From Candidatus Absconditabacterales bacterium (GTDB lineage Bacteria; Patescibacteriota; Gracilibacteria; Absconditabacterales; Absconditicoccaceae), in contig JBDHUX010000001.1 in the NCBI GenBank assembly GCA_039809405.1, positions 1 to 36,369 on the forward strand: a stretch of DNA of 36,369 nucleotides, in the 5' to 3' direction. The notes below the pieces were generated by a model that saw only the letters and a list, made by a program, of their open reading frames with translations, did no database searches and was not told the DNA's origin. Below are positions 20,961 to 31,263 of this stretch, piece by piece (position 1 is the first letter of the stretch; each line of letters starts with the position of its first letter). The position numbers were made by a program, and so were the translations under genes.

Positions 20961-21578
20961 ATGAAAAAAGTATTACTATCTATTATCGTGCTTACTTCTA
21001 TATTTTTAGTAGGGTGCAATAAAAACAATACTTTAAATATCAATACCACAACATGAGATAATAGTACTTGAATTTGAGATACTTGAACAACACTAGAAGA
21101 TCTTATAGATAGCGATACTATCAATGAATATATACCTTTATGATATACATATGTTGGTAAAAGAGATCTATATAAAATATACTTCGACAATACTTATCGA
21201 AAATTAGATAATCAATCGCAATTTGCTCCATCTGACTTTGTATTTTATAACCAAGATGACACTTTATCAGCTATTATATACACAGATAATGATAATATAT
21301 CATTTGAGGCCTATGCGAGAAAAGAACTAGACAAATATAATAAAATCTGATCTTGATACACTATACTGTCATCGTGAAGTTGATCTGTCGATAACTATAA
21401 TTACATAGACGTAACATTTGAAAATACACAAGAAGATATTAAACTTACAAATAGATTGATAATAATAAAATTGGACAATGTATATTTAAACCTTGTGTTT
21501 GTCACATCTAGTGAATGATATCAACTACTTAAACCAGCCATAAACTGATTGATAAAGTGAGTATCTCTGGTAGATTAG
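20961..21578 (+). CDS. lipoprotein, 205 aa
   Basis: MKKVLLSIIVLTSIFLVG-C lipobox. Gly/Thr/Asn-rich linker with several TGA, then a domain with no recognised motif. Confidence 0.6.
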
Positions 21579-21676
21579 TGTCAAATTATACAACAAAATT
21601 AAAATAATCTGATTATATCCATATATTTAACCTATCTATAATACATATATTTAATTAAACCGATAAATATCACAAA

Positions 21677-21961
21677 ATGAGTAAAGGAATAGCAGAAACT
21701 TATGACCATCGTATATGGTATAACCAGGGTAGAGTTAGAGTAAAATCTAGACAAAGAATACAAAAAGCTTATAGTTGGTATTTTAATATATTAAAAAAAG
21801 AGCAAAAATTTGGAGTTTCTGATAGATTCGGTGTACCAAAATGGATATATAAGACCAAAAAACAAGCTAAAAATAGGCTTGATAGATATGGTATAACCAA
21901 AGAAATGATACAATCCAAGTTGGAATCAAAAGGACTTAAAGATCTAGAAAAATATATCTAG
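21677..21961 (+). CDS. small basic hypothetical protein, 94 aa
   Basis: Intact in both codes (no TGA). TAG stop. Lys/Arg-rich. Confidence 0.45.
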   Translation: MSKGIAETYDHRIWYNQGRVRVKSRQRIQKAYSWYFNILKKEQKFGVSDRFGVPKWIYKTKKQAKNRLDRYGITKEMIQSKLESKGLKDLEKYI

Positions 21962-22032
21962 TATATCTAATTTGATAATAACTTTACTACAATTTTACGT
22001 ACAATTTATATTAATTATAATTATAAAATATC

Positions 22033-22173
22033 ATGAGACTTAGAACATGAGCAAAAAGAAAACTCGCAAAAGCTATCTATAGAGTAGATAAGGTTGTAAT
22101 GATGCAGTTTAGAAAAGAACTAGAACAACAGAGAAAACGAAAAGCCGAGGCTCTAAGAAGCAGAATAAAATAA
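22033..22173 (+). CDS. possible very small basic protein, 46 aa
   Basis: MRLRTGAKRKLAKAIYRVDKVVMMQFRKELEQQRKRKAEALRSRIK sits upstream of rplS. No family recognised. Confidence 0.3.
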
Positions 22174-22227
22174 TTCTCTTCATTTGTTTACAATAATTTA
22201 AAATTTATAACATTCGATACAATTCTA

Positions 22228-22794
22228 ATGAATTACGGACTTATACAATCTATGATAAAAAATAAATGATACAATCACTACAATCTAAAAGTAGGACAAT
22301 CTCTTGAAATACATGAAAAAATGTGAGAGGGCGACAATCAAAGAGTTTGGAAATTCAAGTGTATCGTGATAGCTATCAATAGACCAAATAATCATGATGG
22401 TGCTTTTACTGTTATAGGCGAAAGTAGTGGCGTAAAGATAGAGAAAACCTACCCATTATCTTTCTATAGATTTGACAAAATTATCCTGCTTGATGAAGGT
22501 AAAGTTAGAAAATCAAAATTATATTATCAAAAAACAAAAGTAGGTAAAGATGCAAGGATGAAGTCGCTCATCAAGAAAGAAGATAGGTGAGTAGAGATAG
22601 TACCCATTAAAACAGAGATAGTTGATGAAGTAACACCAACCATAGAAGAGGTAGAACACACACAAGAAACCATGCAGGGTATAGTTGAGGAAAAGATGGA
22701 AGTTGTAGAAGAAATAAAAACAGAAGTCGCCAAAGATTCAAACAACATTGATTCTGACTCAAATGTAACTGACGAAACTGAGCCCAAAGATTAA
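22228..22794 (+). CDS. rplS: 50S ribosomal protein L19 with about 70-aa acidic C-terminal extension, 188 aa
   Basis: LKVGQSLEIHEKMGEGDNQRVWKFKCIVIAINR...FTVIGESSGVKIEKTYPLSFYRFDKIILL..GKVRKSKLYY is the L19 core. The tail is VEIVPIKTEIVDEVTPTIEEVEHTQETMQGIVEEKMEVVEE... Confidence 0.9.
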
Positions 22795-22856
22795 CAATTA
22801 GATAAATCATATAAGATTATTACAAATAATTTGTTTACAAAATAAAATTATATCCC

Positions 22857-23480
22857 ATGGAATTAAAAGTACAAAATAGAACTAAATTTGCAAAAAATAC
22901 TTCCCAGTTGAGATTGGAAAGCATTATACCTGGTATTATCTATGGTAAGAGTTTAGAAAAGAATATCCCAGTGGAGTTTGATAAAAATGAATTTTTGAAA
23001 GTATACAAAGCTGCTGGTAGAAGCTCTGTGGTGAAAGTAAGTTGAGACTATAAGTGATTGGCACTTATACATGATTATCAAGTTGATCCCGTTAAGGATT
23101 TCCTTTTACATGTAGATCTTCTTGCGGTAAAATCTGATGAAAAAGTATCAGCCAGTGTTAGTATTGTATTTGAATGAACTAGTATTCTTGAGAAAAATAG
23201 TGACGGTAAACTTGAATATATTAAAGACTTTGTACAAGTGGAAGCGTTACCACTTGATTTGCCACCAAGTATAACTGTAGATGTATCAGATATTGCTACG
23301 CTTGATGATGGTATATTTGTAAAAGATCTTAATTTTGGAGATAAAATCACTGTGCTTGATGATTTAGAATCACCAGTAGTAGTAGCAGTGCCAAATATAA
23401 CAGAAAAAGAAGAAGAGACAACTATAATTGCTGAAGAAGAATCAACAGAGTCGTGATCACTAGAAGAGACTAATGATTAA
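22857..23480 (+). CDS. rplY: 50S ribosomal protein L25/Ctc-type, 207 aa
   Basis: LRLESIIPGIIYGKS...VEFDKNEFLKVY...LIHDYQVDPVKDFLLHVDLLAV...EALPLDLPPSITVDVS is L25/general stress Ctc architecture. Acidic tail. Confidence 0.85.
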
Positions 23481-23561
23481 ATATTGGAAGAATCGTTAAA
23501 TAATTAAGAATAAGAAACAACAGATTATCATAAAATTATTATTAATTAACCTTATTATACA

Positions 23562-23744
23562 ATGCCTAGGATATGCATGTTTAGTGGGAGATGAACCTCA
23601 TCGGGTCAAAATGTATCTCACAGCAATAGAAAAACCAAAAGAACATTTAAAGTAAACCTTATAAACAAAAAAATAATTCCTTGAGTAGACGGGAATATAA
23701 AGATAAGTACAAGAATATATAAGAAGCTCAGAGGATTTATATAA
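23562..23744 (+). CDS. rpmB: 50S ribosomal protein L28, 60 aa
   Basis: [33 protein letters not shown] parallels the E. coli [33 protein letters not shown]. Confidence 0.85.
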
Positions 23745-23795
23745 GATTTTTATATTTGATTATGATTTGATTATAGATTATTTTCAAATATTTAT

Positions 23796-23868
23796 GGGTT
23801 TGTAGCTCAGTTGGTAGAGCAATGGCCTTTTAAGCCAGTGGTCCAGGGTTCGATCCCCTGCAAACCTA
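23796..23868 (+). tRNA. tRNA-Lys(UUU), no encoded CCA
   Basis: GGGTTTG TA GCTC AGTTGGTA GAGC A ATGGC CTTTTAA GCCAG TGGTC CAGGG TTCGATC CCCTG CAAACCT A. Confidence 0.9.
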
Positions 23869-23908
23869 TCATATTAATATTAACTATCTATTTTATTATA
23901 AAAATAAT

Positions 23909-23934
23909 ACACCACCCCACTAGGTGGTGTTTTT
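23909..23934. terminator. GC-rich hairpin between convergent units (bidirectional terminator candidate)
   Basis: ACACCACC-ccacta-GGTGGTGT followed by TTTT, with an A-run upstream for the opposite strand. Lies between tRNA-Lys (+) and the GT2 gene (-). Confidence 0.65.
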
Positions 23935-23972
23935 CATGCTTCTGATACTACTTTATTATATACTATACCTAA

Positions 23973-24938
23973 CTATGATATAGTCTGATTTCTAAGCTTC
24001 AAACCATCTTTAATCCCTCTCCATCGTGCTAATAAGTGTAGTGATCTTTTTTCAGAATATCTCAATATCATCACTAAAGTCCATATGTTGCTTATCCAAA
24101 ATCAACATATATAGTAAAGGATCTTTTGTCATAAATTACTATTTTTTATAGCAAACCATATCCTATGTCTTGTCTTATAGTATATACTTTCTTTGTTTCA
24201 TATATACATTTGTTCCATTTTTGTCCTATATCACTCATAGTGTTTGATCGTATTTTGTTCTGATACAAATATAGGATGACCTGATTTGTATACTCTATAA
24301 GTTCGATCCAAATCTTCATATACAAATAACATATCTTCATCAAATTTCACTTGATCTGTCACTTTTTTGCTTGTAAGGACACAAATAACATTCGATAGCT
24401 TTATATTTCCGTATTTTGGTGCAAATAGTTTATCCATCATCAATCATCTCCGAAGCTTATCTTTCCGATTATTTATGTTATCAAAAGCAACTGGCCGTGC
24501 CAATAACCGATTATAATATCTGTATCACCTGCTATAAACTCTATCTGTATCTGATTGCAATACCGTAGGATATAACATAATATCAATTTTATGCTCTTTG
24601 TAGAGCATGTTGTATTCATCTACCATATTTCATATGAATCCTTCTGATATAGTTGTGTCGTCATCTATAAATATTACCAACTCTCCAATAGCAATACTAG
24701 CTCCATAATTTCTAGAAGCACTCACTCAGTAGCCATATTGAGCGATAACTTTTAGCATTATACCACTTTTTTTACATTTTTCTATCATCTTTTCTCGTCA
24801 TAGTGTGGTTTTATCAAACTCTACTACACACAGTATCTCTGACACTACTCAATTTATAGAACTATCAAGAAGTATACTCTCTATCAGAGCGATAGGTTTT
24901 GGTCAATATCATCTGGTTGGTATAACGATGGATAGCAT
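23973..24938 (-). CDS. family 2 glycosyltransferase, 321 aa
   Basis: MLSIVIPTRGYGP..., SASRNYGASIAIGELVIFIDDDT (GT-A DxD region) and FVYEDLDRTYRV (ED motif). Joins track ORF 24231-24443 with both flanks. Confidence 0.8.
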
Positions 24939-24971
24939 ATATATCAGATTATTTTATAAATATTTTATATT

Positions 24972-25934
24972 TTATTTATATACAATATACTTGATAAATT
25001 TTTTTATTCTGACATAAAGATGATATGTAGGCGTATTTAGACTCCAGAGAGATGTTATACTTTGTATGATATATCTAGATATGTTTGGTTTATTTGTCAA
25101 TTGACTATGATATCTACCCCATAATTTATTATAAGGATGCAGAGAGTTTAATTTCCATGGCTTATCTACGCCTGCAAAATGTATGATAGTCGGATTTTTT
25201 ATAGCTTGATCGTACTTATTTTTATTATATCACAGCTGACTATAGTCCAATTCTCATCCAAAACACATAGGTGTTTGATTGTATGCTGGATCTATATATT
25301 TTATTTTATTTTCACATACTTTATTTATAGCGCACTGATCTCACATTATCTTTTTTTTACCAGTTATTCACATAGGATAATTTACGCAAAATTCTATACA
25401 TTTGTATCATATATTATTTTCTCTCCATAACTTTAGATTGATCAACATCATACCTGCATTGATATAATTATCTACTTGTATATTTTCCATCCAAGGTTTC
25501 AATACATTTGTTTTTACTCAAGCAAGTAAGCTATCTCATAGATCTATATCCCAAAGTTCAGATATATCTTTATTTACCAATATATCTCAGTCTAGATATA
25601 ATATCTTATCTTTATCAACTAACTCTGGCAACAATAGCCTATAATAAGTTCACATAGGTAGGTTGTTATAAGTTGGTATCTTATTATCTTCAAATATCCT
25701 TTCATCTACCTCCACAAACTCAAAACCCACATTAGTAAACTGACTATTTATATCTTTACAATAACCCTTGAGCGTAGATATGTGTTTTGGCTCATGTAAT
25801 ACATAAACATAAACTGATCTATTTGGATCGAGGTTTTTTGCCATAGAGTATAGCATTACTGCAGTTATCTCTTGAAAACTCTTATTTCCATCTACAGAAC
25901 AGGATATATATACTTGATTATCTTGTTTTATCAT
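24972..25934 (-). CDS. family 8 glycosyltransferase, 320 aa
   Basis: YYRLLLPELVDKDKILYLDGDILVNKDISELWDIDL, YINAGMMLINLKLWRE, DQCAINKV and IIHFAGVDKPWK are GT8 hallmarks. Lies 33 nt upstream of the GT2 gene. Confidence 0.8.
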
Positions 25935-26063
25935 AATTACTTATCTTGAACTGATTAATAAATTACTTATTAGATATATATTTCATGTTGTAAAATACCT
26001 TATTTTGCTTATATTTTTATATTACGGTATTTAATTATTAACACTAACTCGCTATATCATTTC

Positions 26064-26921
26064 ATGAAATTACTTTATGCCAAAGATTTAGTTGATATTA
26101 AAAAAAAAGAACTCAAATCCAAGTTTAAAAATAGTTTTTTTAATAACAAATATTTAGCGATTATTTTTATATGAAACGACCCTGCATCAAAGGTTTTTGT
26201 TAAAAATAAAGTAGAGTTTGGTAGGCAGGTGTGATTAGAAGTGAAGGTCTATTGACAGCAATTTGAAAATAAACTAACTTATGATGATATCGTGAGTATC
26301 ATAGATTGACTAAATTCTGACACAAACTGTGTAAGTATCATAGTCCAACTCCCACTGCCTAACTATCTTTATATGTATAAGCGAGAGATACTTGATAGGA
26401 TTGATTTAAATAAAGATGTAGATATGCTACACAGTGATCATTTGAGTATGATCAGATCAGGTGAGATAGAGCTAAATACGGCAACTGTTACTGGCACATT
26501 AGAATTATTGAAGTATTATGGTCTAGATGACTTTGAAGGTAAAAAAATTTCTATAATCTGACAAAGTAACCTTATCTGAAGACCACTTGCTCGATCCTTG
26601 AAGAGACAATGATGAGATGTACAAGTCTATGATATTGATGATAACCGTGATGACATCATTCGTGGCTGTAGATGATCTGATATAGTATTTTCTGCGACTT
26701 GAGTCCCATGACTTATAAACGATCATGCTATTTCTGGTATTAATCAGATATTTGTAGATTTCTGATACGGTATGAAAGATAGCAAAGTGTGTGGTGATAT
26801 ACTATTTGATTATAGTAGATATAAAGATAAACAGATTTACATAACTCCAGTACCTTGATGAGTGGGTCGTATGACTGTGGTTTGCTTATTTGAAAATATA
26901 GTGAAGATGGTAGGCATGTAG
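26064..26921 (+). CDS. folD: bifunctional methylene-THF dehydrogenase/methenyl-THF cyclohydrolase, 285 aa
   Basis: IGNDPASKVFVKNKVEFG, SIIVQLPLPNYL, KISIIGQSNLIGRPLA, ITPVPGGVGRMTV (the GG is TGA TGA at 26856-26861). Confidence 0.9.
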
Positions 26922-27179
26922 TGTATTTACTGTTTTGAATGCAATATTTATCTTCCCTTTTTTATAATTCCTCATTTATGGTTTTTGTGTAAAGGAATAT
27001 ATTAGTTTAAAGTCTTTTTTAAATCAAACCCTAGATTGATGGTAGTATTTATGTGGACGACTTACGATCAAATATTTTAAGTTTTAAATAACTTATCTTT
27101 TCTTGTATATATAATATAAATTATTATAAACAAACTTGTAAAAAATTAAAATAAATCTTACTATATTCATATCATAACG

Positions 27180-28133
27180 ATGACAGACACAGGAAATCAG
27201 ATAAATATAGATGGTGTAAAGTGGATACACATGGTTAGTCCTTCCAACGCTGAGATAGAGCAGATATGAGAGGATTATAATCTACACGAGATCGTGGCAG
27301 AAGATCTTATGGAACTAAACACTCAAGATAAGATAGACGTATATAATGATCATATATCTATAGTTTTGCACTTCCCAAAGATGGATGCCACGAAAACTAA
27401 ATATATGCTTAACGAGTTTAATATTATCTTAGGTAAAGACTTTCTGATTACAGTAACTAGATTTCCAACTAATAATATCACTAAATTAATAAATCAATTT
27501 GAGCGTGAAACTCAAGGGCATAATAACGATCTAGAAAACTATAAAATTACACCATACTATATGCTATATCTTATAGTAGATACAATGTATGACAAAATGA
27601 ATAAATTACTTTCAAATATAGCCAAAGATCTTATTTCTATAGAAGATAAATTGTTTGCTAGGGCGCTAGATAGTACTATAACATCTATCTTATTATTTAA
27701 GAAAAGAAATATATCTTTTATAAAGCACAATTTTCTTACACAAAAGGAAGTACTGGAAGAACTTGTAGAAATATTACCATCTTTTTATGAAGATAAACTT
27801 GGTGTATATTTTGATGATCTTATATCTAGATGGACAAAAATTCATTCAATTATTTCTGATACGCAGGAGAATGTAGACTCACTTGCAGAAACCTATAATA
27901 GCTTGATGAATATAAGAATTAACGATGCTTTACTTACGTTGACAATGTTTACGATTATTATATGAGTGATTACTTTTATAGCTGGTATATATGGTATGAA
28001 TGTAAAAATACCTCTAGAAAATCACCCGGACTATTTCTGGTTTATACTTATATGACTAGTTGCTCTATCTGTCATTATCTATTTCTTGATGAAGTATGTT
28101 TTCTTAAATAAGTGATGAAAAAGGGTCAGGTAG
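27180..28133 (+). CDS. corA: CorA-family Mg2+/Co2+ transporter, 317 aa
   Basis: C-terminal two TM helices flank the signature ...FIAGIYGMNVKIPLE.... Stop is TAG 28131-28133. Confidence 0.85.
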
Positions 28134-28168
28134 GTTCTAATTATTATTCCTTCACGGAAACATTGGAT

Positions 28169-28756
28169 ATGAATCAGATACCAGTAGAATGGCATCAGCT
28201 TATTTATATTTTTTTATATAAAAATAATCAGATCAATTTATCTTCCATCCGCGACCCTCTGTGAGTTTATAAGAAACACATATTAGATAGTTTGGAATTA
28301 TCAAATATAATACCACTAGATGGTCTAAAGATATGTGATATAGGAACATGATGATGATTTCCTTTGTTGCCTCTTGCGATAAAGTTTCCAAATAGCAAAT
28401 TAACATGAGTTGATTCTATAAGTAAAAAAATATCTGCTATAGAAGATATGATATCCTTGCTTGGATTATATAATTGCACAACCTTGTGCTCTAGAGTAGA
28501 GGATCTAAAATTTACTGATTTTAAGCCAGATATATTTACAATAAGAGCTGTAGCATACATAGATAAATTATTATCCTGGACCAAAAATATCTTGAAAAAG
28601 TGAAATAAATTGGTGTTATATAAGTTGTACACTCTTGAAGAGCATAGTATGTTGATATCTTTGCTTCATCCATATAAATTAGAACTTACATATGTACATC
28701 ATTATGATCTATGAGATGGCACAGATAGGATAATATACATACTAAAAAAATATTAA
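28169..28756 (+). CDS. rsmG: 16S rRNA m7G527 methyltransferase RsmG (GidB), 195 aa
   Basis: NLSSIRDPLGVYKKHILDSLEL, then the SAM motif KICDIGTGGGFPLLPLAI (GGG is TGA TGA TGA at 28349-28357), then IFTIRAVA. Confidence 0.85.
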
Positions 28757-28770
28757 TATTAATATCATAC

Positions 28771-29169
28771 ATGTCACAAAATAAGATACGCCTATCTATA
28801 ATTAGAACAATCTGTTTCATACTTTTTATATTTTTTTTAGTATTTGGAGTAAAGGCATATATATGATATGTGGCTATACAGTGAGCTATAGGGCAAAATA
28901 ATGCCAAGTATATAGATTTAGCGGCACAGCTCGATTTTACAAAAAATTTTTATATTCCATATCTTAGGTCCGATTATGCTGGATATTTTGTCAATCATGA
29001 ACATGGTTTTGCCAATGATCACGAGATTATTGTAAAATTTATAAAAAAAACACAAGTACACATACCTTCTCTAGTTACAACTTCTATCCCCGATGATGAC
29101 ACCTGATTGATAAAGTGATGATGGAAAGAGTTTATAGAATATAAGCTAAATAGATCTCTAAAACGATAA
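28771..29169 (+). CDS. membrane-anchored hypothetical protein, 132 aa
   Basis: Single N-terminal TM helix (IIRTICFILFIFFLVFGV) plus a soluble domain. No motif recognised. Confidence 0.45.
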
Positions 29170-29209
29170 TTTTTTAATTTTTTTTGTTTGTAATGTATGG
29201 TATATTTAT

Positions 29210-29215
29210 TATAAT
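29210..29215 (+). promoter_or_regulatory. -10 hexamer TATAAT for rnpB (part of the recurrent TATAATCTGAT motif)
   Basis: The hexamer ends 8 nt before the inferred first paired base of the RNase P RNA P1 stem. Confidence 0.4.
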
Positions 29216-29223
29216 CTGATCTA

Positions 29224-29550
29224 TCTGACTCGGATACTATTGTAGTGATGCAAAGGAAAGTCCTGACATCAAAAAAAGCTGGTTTCTCACGGAGATTGGA
29301 TTGTCGCAGTACTACGATACAAAAGAAAGTGCCACAGAGATTATACTATCCCGCAGTTCTGCAGGAGAAAGGTGAAATATTGTGATGAGTATCTTACTCT
29401 ACACATACTCAATATAGATGATGTCTATATGAGGGGCAAACCTCAAGCTGATGCAAGCTTTCTCAAATTATTTGGGAGGTGCTAAATCTTTACTATATGT
29501 AAGGTAAGATAAATTGTATCCAAAACAGAATCAGGCTTACGGAGTCAGAT
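29224..29550 (+). ncRNA. rnpB: RNase P RNA (about 327 nt, compact)
   Basis: P1 pairing TCTGACTCGG.../...CGGAGTCAGA. Conserved blocks AGGAAAGTCCTGAC, AGAAAGTGCCACAGAGA, GGGCAAACC and ACAGAATCAGGCTTAC. T8 tract follows. Confidence 0.85.
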
Positions 29551-29615
29551 TTTTTTTGATCAAAATTTATATAAGAAAAAAAGCCAAGGTAAACAACCCC
29601 AGCTTTTGGTTTTTT

Positions 29616-29927
29616 TTAATCAACTTTTCCACTCTGCATTTTGTACAGAATGAAGTCTTTTACTTCCTCATCAGAGCATCTACTTATCCAAGTGTTTGCC
29701 AGCCCAGATAAATAATTTTCTTTCTCCGTAATCCGATCCTCTAGATCACTAACCTCTTTTTGAAGAGATTGTTTTTTGTCCCAGAGATCCTGTAAGACAG
29801 GATAGTCAGAGAAGTCATTGTTCTCCAATTTTTTTAACCTAATCCTTTCTTTTGGAAAGAAAAAGAAATAGATTATTTCTGGATCAACTTTGAATGCAAT
29901 AAAAAATACAATCTCGATTATATACAT
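29616..29927 (-). CDS. hypothetical ORF, 103 aa (possibly the C-terminal half of a frameshifted gene)
   Basis: TM-like start IIEIVFFIAF, then a coiled segment LQDLWDKKQSLQKEVSDLEDRITEKENYL. Overlaps the upstream ORF by 89 nt in another frame. Confidence 0.3.
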   Translation of the reverse strand: MYIIEIVFFIAFKVDPEIIYFFFFPKERIRLKKLENNDFSDYPVLQDLWDKKQSLQKEVSDLEDRITEKENYLSGLANTWISRCSDEEVKDFILYKMQSGKVD

Positions 29928-30186
29928 GACTACTGAGATATATATTTACTACTAAGTAAGTCATCAGATTTTCTGTTCCGACGCTATCAAACATATATGA
30001 TTCAATTTTAAAAAATTGAAATATGATTGATATAAAGAAATTTATACCTGATAACCATAATATGATTTTAAGATCCAAATCTAATCCTTTTACCTTTCTT
30101 TTTTCCTTCTCAAAATCTCTGTAATTAACTAATAACTGACCTTGTTTTTCTGAAAGCTGTACTTTTAACTCTGTTAATGAACTCAT
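29839..30186 (-). CDS. hypothetical membrane ORF, 115 aa (possibly the N-terminal half of a frameshifted gene)
   Basis: MSSLTELKVQLSEKQGQLLVNYRDFEKEKRK coiled start, then TM IILWLSGINFFISIIFQFF. Extends track ORF 29884-30186 through one TGA to TAG 29839-29841. Confidence 0.35.
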
Positions 30187-30339
30187 GATAAATGATTTTT
30201 CTTTTTTTTGCCAAAATTAGCATTACTTTTATAACAAAGAGAGAGAGATTGTCAATATATTTTTTATAGTAAAAAATGACCTGATGGTTGATCAGATCAT
30301 CTTTATATATTTGTAATTTGTGTTATTCACTTTGTGTTA

Positions 30340-31263
30340 CTATTTTAACCAAGCATCTATAGTTTTTTCAAACTCTGAAGCTGGATAAGCACCTGCAACT
30401 ACCACATACTCACCGTTTTCTGTATTTACAATTACATTGCCAGGAGTACCATTGATGCCAAATAATGATGCACCTTCTGACATCTGAGATGATATTTTGC
30501 TAGCATATTTACTGCTAGATACACAATCTTTGAATTCTGCTTCATCCAAACCTATTTCTTTAGCAACATCATACATGATTTGTTCAGAAGATAGAGTCTT
30601 ACCAAAGACACCGGCTATATATTTCCATGCCATTTCATCACTTTTTTCTCTAGCACATTCCAAACCTTCAGCTGCTTTCTGAGCATAAGGGTGGATATTT
30701 AGAGGGAAGTGTAAAAATCCTACTGCTACATTACCTTCATACTTATTTACAAGTGACTCGAGCGTACCATTTTGATAGTGTCTTTGACAGTAAGGGCATT
30801 GTAAGTCGCTATATTCAAATACAATTATCTTAGCATCTTTATTTCATTTCATAAGCGCTTCTGATTTAAGCTTGTCTATAGTAGCAGTATCTATTGTTTT
30901 TGCTGTAGTCGTAGTATCAGTAGCTGTAGTATTAGTAGCAGTTGTACCGGTAGTCGTAGTATCAGTAGTCGTAGTATCAGTAGCTGTAGTGTTAGTAGTA
31001 GTTCACATCTGTGTTTTAGCTGCCTCTAAACCCTGCTTCTGTTGATTTTTGAACGCTTCGCTAGAATAAATCTCTTTTACTAGTTTATAGTTTTCCATGC
31101 CTCACACTTTTTCAGCTTCTACTTTTTCTATAGCATTACCAACTATCTTATTTAGACCACCAAACACTAGATAACCTAACAATAGAAGTGATAAGACTGA
31201 AATTGCTGCTGATCGGTTCAAAGAAGAACCATTGTTTTCAACTTTTTTTTCCATTTTTTCCAT
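30340..31263 (-). CDS. membrane-anchored DsbA-family thiol:disulfide oxidoreductase, 307 aa
   Basis: TM anchor AAISVLSLLLLGYLVFGG, Thr-rich linker, then the thioredoxin-fold active site VFEYSDLQCPYCQRH and the C-terminal FGINGTPGNVI (cis-Pro loop). Joins track ORFs 31102-31311 and 30340-30663. Start chosen at the MEKMEKK Met. Confidence 0.75.
30906..30998 (-). repeat. imperfect tandem repeat encoding the Thr-rich linker (TTATDTTTTDTTTTGTTATNTTATDTTTT)
   Basis: The 15-nt unit TAGTCGTAGTATCAG occurs at 30906, 30951 and 30966. The longer unit ...TAGCTGTAGTRTTAGTAG occurs twice. Confidence 0.7.

Noticed and set aside
28267-28632. Track ORFs antisense to well-supported genes. The full list is 28267-28632, 28686-28907, 5991-6296, 10322-10621, 13450-13677, 14847-15083, 18224-18436, 19918-20154, 20404-20800, 20936-21190, 22527-22810, 23078-23350, 24805-25017, 25179-25430, 26523-26726, 30497-30682, 31535-31876, 33129-33401, 34557-34969, 35802-36068 and 97-372.
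   Set aside because: Each overlaps, on the opposite strand or in another frame, a gene with clear family motifs. Their products are hydrophobic or low-complexity, as expected for shadow ORFs in AT-rich sequence.
27180-28756. An apparent CorA-RsmG fusion when reading through TGA codons.
   Set aside because: Careful phasing shows an in-frame TAG at 28131-28133 ending corA. rsmG starts at its own ATG at 28169, in a different frame.
29560-29612. A terminator-like A-run/T-run pair after rnpB and the 29616 ORF (aaaaaagccaagg...cttttggttttttt).
   Set aside because: I could only pair 4-5 bases convincingly, so the stem is too weak to call.
30906-30998. A possible CRISPR-like or other non-coding repeat array.
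   Set aside because: The units are 15 nt, contiguous with no spacers, and lie in frame inside the DsbA-like ORF, where they encode a Thr-rich linker.
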